From NCBI GenBank assembly GCA_035297365.1, contig DATGZA010000048.1:1-33809 (forward strand): a stretch of 33,809 nucleotides of DNA. The letters run 5' to 3'. Each line of letters starts with the position of its first letter. Position 1 is the stretch's first letter. The stretch is from Nitrososphaeraceae archaeon. GTDB taxonomy: Archaea; Thermoproteota; Nitrososphaeria; Nitrososphaerales; Nitrososphaeraceae. The notes beneath the pieces are model-generated. The model saw nothing but the letters and a program-made list of their open reading frames with translations. It was not told the origin of the DNA and ran no database searches. The position numbers were made by a program, and so were the translations under genes. Positions 28,812-33,809 of this stretch are shown one piece after another.

Positions 28812-29876
28812 ATGGTATATATGGTTGCGACATGGATTAGCCGAGAGATTTGCCTAACCGAATATCCAGTAGGAATGCCTACAAATAATAATTTTAAACT
28901 TGTACAGGTAGAGATTCCAGAGCCAACAAAAGAAGGAGAATTCTTGGTACGAAACATTTGGATGTCTGTAGATCCATACATGCGGGGCCGCATGAGGAAT
29001 GAAGGTGGAGGAGGAGGAGCTAGAGTTAATACCTTTATACCTTCCTTCAAATTAGGTCAGCCTTTAGAAGGAGCATGCGTAGGTCAAGTTATAGCATCGA
29101 GAAACAATCAGTTTGTTGTAGGTGATTATGTCTTAGGAATGTCAGGATGGCGTGAATATTGGCTGTCAAATGGTTCGGATGTTATAAAGGTCGATCAAAA
29201 GATAGCTCCAATTCGATCATTTCTTGGAACATTTGGTATGACTGGTCTTACGGCCTATGTCGGGCTATTAAAGATTGGCGAGCTCAAGGATAAAGATACA
29301 GTATTTGTTTCAGCAGCATCAGGAGCAGTAGGCTCTATTGTATGTCAAATCGCAAAGACCAAAGGCTGTCATGTTATAGGAAGCGCTGGATCAGAAAAGA
29401 AAGTAAAGTGGCTAGTTAACGAAACAGGAATTGATTATGCCTTTAATTACAAAGAGGTGGATGATATATCTGCTGAGATCATAAGGGTCTGTCCTGACAA
29501 AATTGATATTTACTTTGATAATGTAGGTGGAGGACACCTAGAAGCGGCCCTCGATAACATGAAAACATTTGGTAGAATTGTTCTTTGTGGCATGATATCG
29601 CAATACAACTCCAATTCTCCAATTCCTGGTCCATCTAATCTTTTCTTGGCTATAACTAGTCGACTCAAACTTCAAGGCTTTATTGTAGGCGATCATTACG
29701 ATATGCTAAACGAGTTTCATGCCGCTATGACCAAATGGGTTGCGGAAGGAAGAATCAAGTGGAGGGAAACAATATTAGAAGGTATAGAGAATGCACCAAA
29801 AGCTTTCATTGGTCTTTTCAAAGGAGAAAATTTTGGTAAAATGCTTGTAAAGCTTTCAGAAGAACAAACTGTATAA
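28812..29876 (+). CDS. NADP-dependent oxidoreductase (prostaglandin reductase/CurA-like MDR)
   Basis: SVDPYMRGRM, GMTGLTAYVGL, VSAASGAVGS, YFDNVGG, CGMISQYN, GENFGKMLV. The start may be ATG 28821. Confidence 0.93.
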   Translation: MVYMVATWISREICLTEYPVGMPTNNNFKLVQVEIPEPTKEGEFLVRNIWMSVDPYMRGRMRNEGGGGGARVNTFIPSFKLGQPLEGACVGQVIASRNNQFVVGDYVLGMSGWREYWLSNGSDVIKVDQKIAPIRSFLGTFGMTGLTAYVGLLKIGELKDKDTVFVSAASGAVGSIVCQIAKTKGCHVIGSAGSEKKVKWLVNETGIDYAFNYKEVDDISAEIIRVCPDKIDIYFDNVGGGHLEAALDNMKTFGRIVLCGMISQYNSNSPIPGPSNLFLAITSRLKLQGFIVGDHYDMLNEFHAAMTKWVAEGRIKWRETILEGIENAPKAFIGLFKGENFGKMLVKLSEEQTV

Positions 29877-30022
29877 ACATGACATAACAAAACAGGTCGG
29901 TTGTATAGTGAGTCATTATTTACTTTAAAGAAGAAATGCTCTTATTTTGAAAATTACAAGATAATTTAATATAATTTTTGGATAATCAATAGGCATATTT
30001 GCGTCCTATTAACAAGGGATAC

Positions 30023-30072
30023 TGACCGAATGACGACGTTTTGACTAGAAAATGGCGAAAAAATGACGGATT
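30023..30072 (+). promoter_or_regulatory. Phased 11-bp direct repeats with a TGAC core upstream of the HTH/coiled-coil gene
   Basis: aatgacgacgt / tttgactagaa / aatggcgaaaa / aatgacggatt at 30029, 30040, 30051 and 30062, with an extra TGAC at 30023. TATA-like ttaaata at 30103. Confidence 0.5.
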
Positions 30073-30135
30073 TCTTGTATTTAGATCTGATTTTCGTAAG
30101 CCTTAAATATTCAGTTTTTGAAACTCTAGCGTATA

Positions 30136-31700
30136 ATGTTCCTAGATAAAAAACCTCTTATAATACAGGCTTGGATTATGGGAAAAACAAGAGATAAGAT
30201 AGCATCAGAGCAGAATGTCAGTACAGGGACTGTTTCAAACACTATTTATGAATGGAAAAACGGAATTGGTTCCTACAACTCTGATGATATTAGAGAATTG
30301 GCAATTGGAATGAAAAAAGCGAATATAAAACCTCAGGAGTGCCATTCTGGGCTAAGGATATTAAATCTAATTCGTTCAACGGGAATCGACGAAGAACAGC
30401 TGGAATATTTTCTAAACGATTTCTGTAACGATTGTATCGCTCAACAATGAGTCCCGGAGACCTAGCAAGAGTCGTAAAAGAGGTAATTTCTCTTCCGAGC
30501 ATAAAATCAAATAGCCTTGAGGACATAACAAGCTGTATTAAAGAAAGATCACGTAAAAAGACAGAGCTAGATATACAAATTTATAATACCAGACAGAAAA
30601 TTAACAATTTGAATAATGAAATAAAAAGAAAAGAAAAAAAGATACAAGATCTAGAGAAGGAAGAAGAATCGTTCAAGCAAAAGAATCAAGATCAGGAAAA
30701 AGATTTTTTTCTTTTCTGCTATGTGAAAGAGGAGCTGCAAAAAAATAACATCTGTATACAGGACGTAAAACAACTCGCTAACATAATACGAATTTTCAGG
30801 GATCTTGAATTCTATCCTCAAAAAATTCTTAATCAATTTTCAAACATTGAAAATTATAAACTACACCTGCAGAAAATTGACGAAGAATTGAAAGTGAAAG
30901 GTATCGTTCTTAAAAATTTAGAAACAAGGCTTTCTATGTATAAAGAAGAGATATCTCCACATCATATAATGGAAGTTGCACTAATGGATTTAGCAAATAT
31001 TGGATTTGGTTTGCCAGATTTTGAGAAATTTATTTCAGTGATTCAAGAAATTGCAGATGAAAATCAAATCGATACACAAGAGGTTAAAGCCATATTATTC
31101 CGATTACTAGATGAATACCGCGACATATCTCTATTAGAAAAATTGAAATTGGAAAAACAAAATGAAAATTCTTTATTAGATGAAAACTTACAATCGAAAC
31201 GTGATACAATAAAAGCACAACCTCAGCTATTTTCTACTTTGAACTATTTATTAAAAAACGGATTTACCGGGGATCACCTACTGTCCGTCCTGATATTATT
31301 TAAAAAAGACCATCTGAATAGAAAGCCTAGCAATAATAAAGAATACCTTAATGGTCTTTCAAAAGATCTAGATAAGTATTACACTCTACAGAATACTTTA
31401 AAAGACATGAAATTAAAAATCGTCATTGAAGAATCAAGGATAGATGAATTGTCTGAACGTAAATCCAGTATACAAGATTTCATTTATTTATCGCTTATGG
31501 GCATTTATTTTAATCATTTCCTGTTAAAGTTACTGCACAGACAGATACAAAAAAGGTTTATAGAAATTTTTTCTGTAGATTACGCTTACTATTTAATTAT
31601 TCTTTGCTGTTATAAAACAAATGAAAGTTCGAATGTATCAAAGAAAAGAAACAAAAATGGTAAAAAATTTGCAAAGAGAAAGAAGAATCAAGAAAAATAA
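30136..31700 (+). pseudogene. HTH + long coiled-coil protein split by one frameshift (ORFs 30136..30450 and 30432..31700)
   Basis: The first ORF has an HTH (TRDKIASEQNVSTGTVSNTIYEW). The second overlaps in the -1 frame and continues as coiled coil; adding 1 nt near 30436-30447 fuses them. Confidence 0.7.
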
Positions 31701-32342
31701 TATATGAATAATTGAGACTCAATAAATAACAGTTCTATATAGAAGTCCCACGGGTCAAAAATGAGTATTAATACTGCTTTCGATTAAAAAGTTTACCATA
31801 TCTTTAATATTGTCTGCAAGCAAATGGGCTGAAATGCAAATACATTATAAATTTGAACATTTGGGAAATCAGGTCTTTTTAGATAGAGAACAAAATTTCC
31901 TGTATTTGAGCAATATCTAAAAAAAGATTAGAGAAGATTTTAAACATAATGATATTGATATTGATAGCGATCAAGTAAATTGGATTCCAAAGATCGATGG
32001 GAACTTTTGCGGCAAATGTCATATTAATCATAATCTAAGAAAATCTTTATTCGTTCGCTAGATATCGTATGATAAAAATAAATAATGTATAGAATAATAT
32101 ATTCTTAAAGCTTTTTTATTCTTTCGGTTCTTGCCTTTGTTTTTGAAACCTGATTTTAGCCACATATTTTATGTCTACATATTTTTTGTATCAGGTGAAA
32201 TATAAAACAATTTATTTTAATAGATGGGATCGATTTTAAAATATAAAGATCTAGTAGAGATATTAGATAACTACAGAGGATTAGGTAACATAGTCAAGGG
32301 CGTTAAACCAAAATATCATATTATTATGATAAAATAATATTA

Positions 32343-32789
32343 TTAATTTACTTTTATAGATATTTTTGGGTTGTCGCTATCTGAATCGGTAAAAGCTTCT
32401 GTTCTTTTATCTTGTCCTATATATTTCACAGATGGATTATCTTTCAGTTTTTCTAGTACTTTTTCGTTAGGAACCTTTATTGCAAATCCTTTTGCAACAC
32501 TATCATAGACATGTAATAGTTCTGTTCCAGTATCTTTCAATTCAGAATTAAAAAATTCAAGTGGGTCAATAGTATTGCTACCTTGTTTATTATCGTTTAG
32601 ATATATAATATATTGATTAGGAATTACATTGTTGTCTTCTGATTTACCTTCATCCATATCTTCCTGTTTGGTAGAATTGTCAGAATCATCTTTTGTATAT
32701 ATATTTTCGAATAGAGGAAAAGCTAAAAAGATACCACAAATGGCAATCATTACTAATAAAATTATATTTAAATTATATTGATGATTCAT
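32343..32789 (-). CDS. Stand-alone peptidase inhibitor I9 (subtilisin propeptide-like) protein, membrane-anchored or exported
   Basis: Hydrophobic N-terminus; IPNQYIIYL..LHVYDSVAKGFAIKV..LKDNPSVKYIGQD. Confidence 0.85.
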   Translation of the reverse strand: MNHQYNLNIILLVMIAICGIFLAFPLFENIYTKDDSDNSTKQEDMDEGKSEDNNVIPNQYIIYLNDNKQGSNTIDPLEFFNSELKDTGTELLHVYDSVAKGFAIKVPNEKVLEKLKDNPSVKYIGQDKRTEAFTDSDSDNPKISIKVN

Positions 32790-33273
32790 TTCCCCTGATA
32801 TGAATACATATTAAAATTATTAATATTTTTAGAAATTTTTTTATCTATCAAATTTAGGGTACGAAGGAGAGTCAAATTTTTCTTACATTCGTTAAAATTG
32901 ATTCCTCTATTTTCTGAATGTTTCGTCCCCTGATAGCAATGAATTTCCGTAAATCCCTCCTTTCTTGTCATTCTTCTGCTAATATGAATAAACTGAAATA
33001 AATTACAATATCCATCTAAATTCTATTTTTCAAACACATGAATTTTTTCATCAATATACAAAATATTACCTCTGCATTCTAAGTTATTCATATGAACTGT
33101 ATCATGTACATGTTTTTTTTTGTGAATTATTAAAGATTTAATCTCTAATAACTCATGAGATTTGAATAAATGACTTTATAATTTGATTTTAAAATCAATA
33201 AAGGAGTGTATTACTCTTTTTTTACAGCTTGTTCCATTTTTTTAATAAAGCAAATTTCGATAAAGAACTCAAC

Positions 33274-33809
33274 TTATATATTTTCACAATTTAAATTTAC
33301 AGTGTCTTCTTTCGAATTGAAATCCAACACTGCATCAATTCCCTCGTTACAATCAAAAAAATCCTTGCCAGAGCCACCTTTAAATATATCGTTTCCAGAG
33401 CCTCCAAACAGATGATCGTTTCCAGAACCACCGATTAAGATTCCTAGATTCATATTTTGTAACTCTGTAGTGGAATTTAAGATATTGGAAAGTTTCGACG
33501 ATCCAAATGGAATCTCATCATCCAATATCTCAAGTAACCCTTCCTCTTCTATTATCCTGATAACCTCGTCTTGTAATCGAAATTCCTGTGCCAGACTGTC
33601 TTCAAAATCCAGATTCTGTTGATTTCTTAGCAAACTTATTGCAGAATTTGGTGAATCTGTATATAGGAAGTCATCACCATCTTGACCAAAAATAACATCA
33701 GAACCTTCTCCGCCTTGTATCGTGTCATCTCCCTCTCCTCCGTATATCTCGTCTGTTAACAATCCACCTTCAATTAGATCATTTCCTTCAAAACCTAAAA
33801 TCAGATCAG
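33274..33809 (-). CDS. RTX/hemolysin-type calcium-binding repeat protein (5' end beyond the window)
   Basis: GGEGDDTIQ, GGEGSDVIF, GQDGDDFLY, GGSGNDHLF, GGSGNDIFK and GGSGKDFFD nonapeptides. The frame stays open to the window edge (DLILGFEGNDLIEGG). Confidence 0.9.
   Translation of the reverse strand, partial: DLILGFEGNDLIEGGLLTDEIYGGEGDDTIQGGEGSDVIFGQDGDDFLYTDSPNSAISLLRNQQNLDFEDSLAQEFRLQDEVIRIIEEEGLLEILDDEIPFGSSKLSNILNSTTELQNMNLGILIGGSGNDHLFGGSGNDIFKGGSGKDFFDCNEGIDAVLDFNSKEDTVNLNCENI

Overview
AT-rich archaeal DNA, most likely from a soil ammonia-oxidising archaeon (Nitrososphaeraceae, Nitrosocosmicus-like). This is inferred from a thaumarchaeal zinc ferredoxin, lineage-typical hypothetical, PsbP-like and RTX-like proteins, and IS families typical of the lineage. 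No intact RNA gene or CRISPR array was seen. Decayed IS remnants (IS630, IS6, IS5/ISL2-like) at about 4.7-7.4 kb precede a candidate immunity or cell-death island (about 7.5-23.3 kb). The island encodes a TIR-SIR2 fusion; an nSTAND1 ATPase with one TM helix and 14 YVTN blades; a PsbP-like exported protein; and a CHAT (caspase-family) protease divergent from an ASK1-like DRHyd/DUF4071-TPR protein. These two divergent proteins share an unannotated ~91-aa helical domain that may be a homotypic adaptor. The island continues with a metzincin/HEAT-repeat pair, an M14 carboxypeptidase, a degenerate HExxH protein and a second metzincin. A GC-centred palindrome (TTTTTCGGCGCCGAAAAA) occurs three times at module boundaries. 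The right end carries cupin, zfx, P450, an NADP-dependent oxidoreductase, a frameshifted HTH/coiled-coil gene preceded by 11-bp phased repeats, a stand-alone I9 inhibitor and a partial RTX-like protein. All family calls come from motif recognition by eye; no searches were run.
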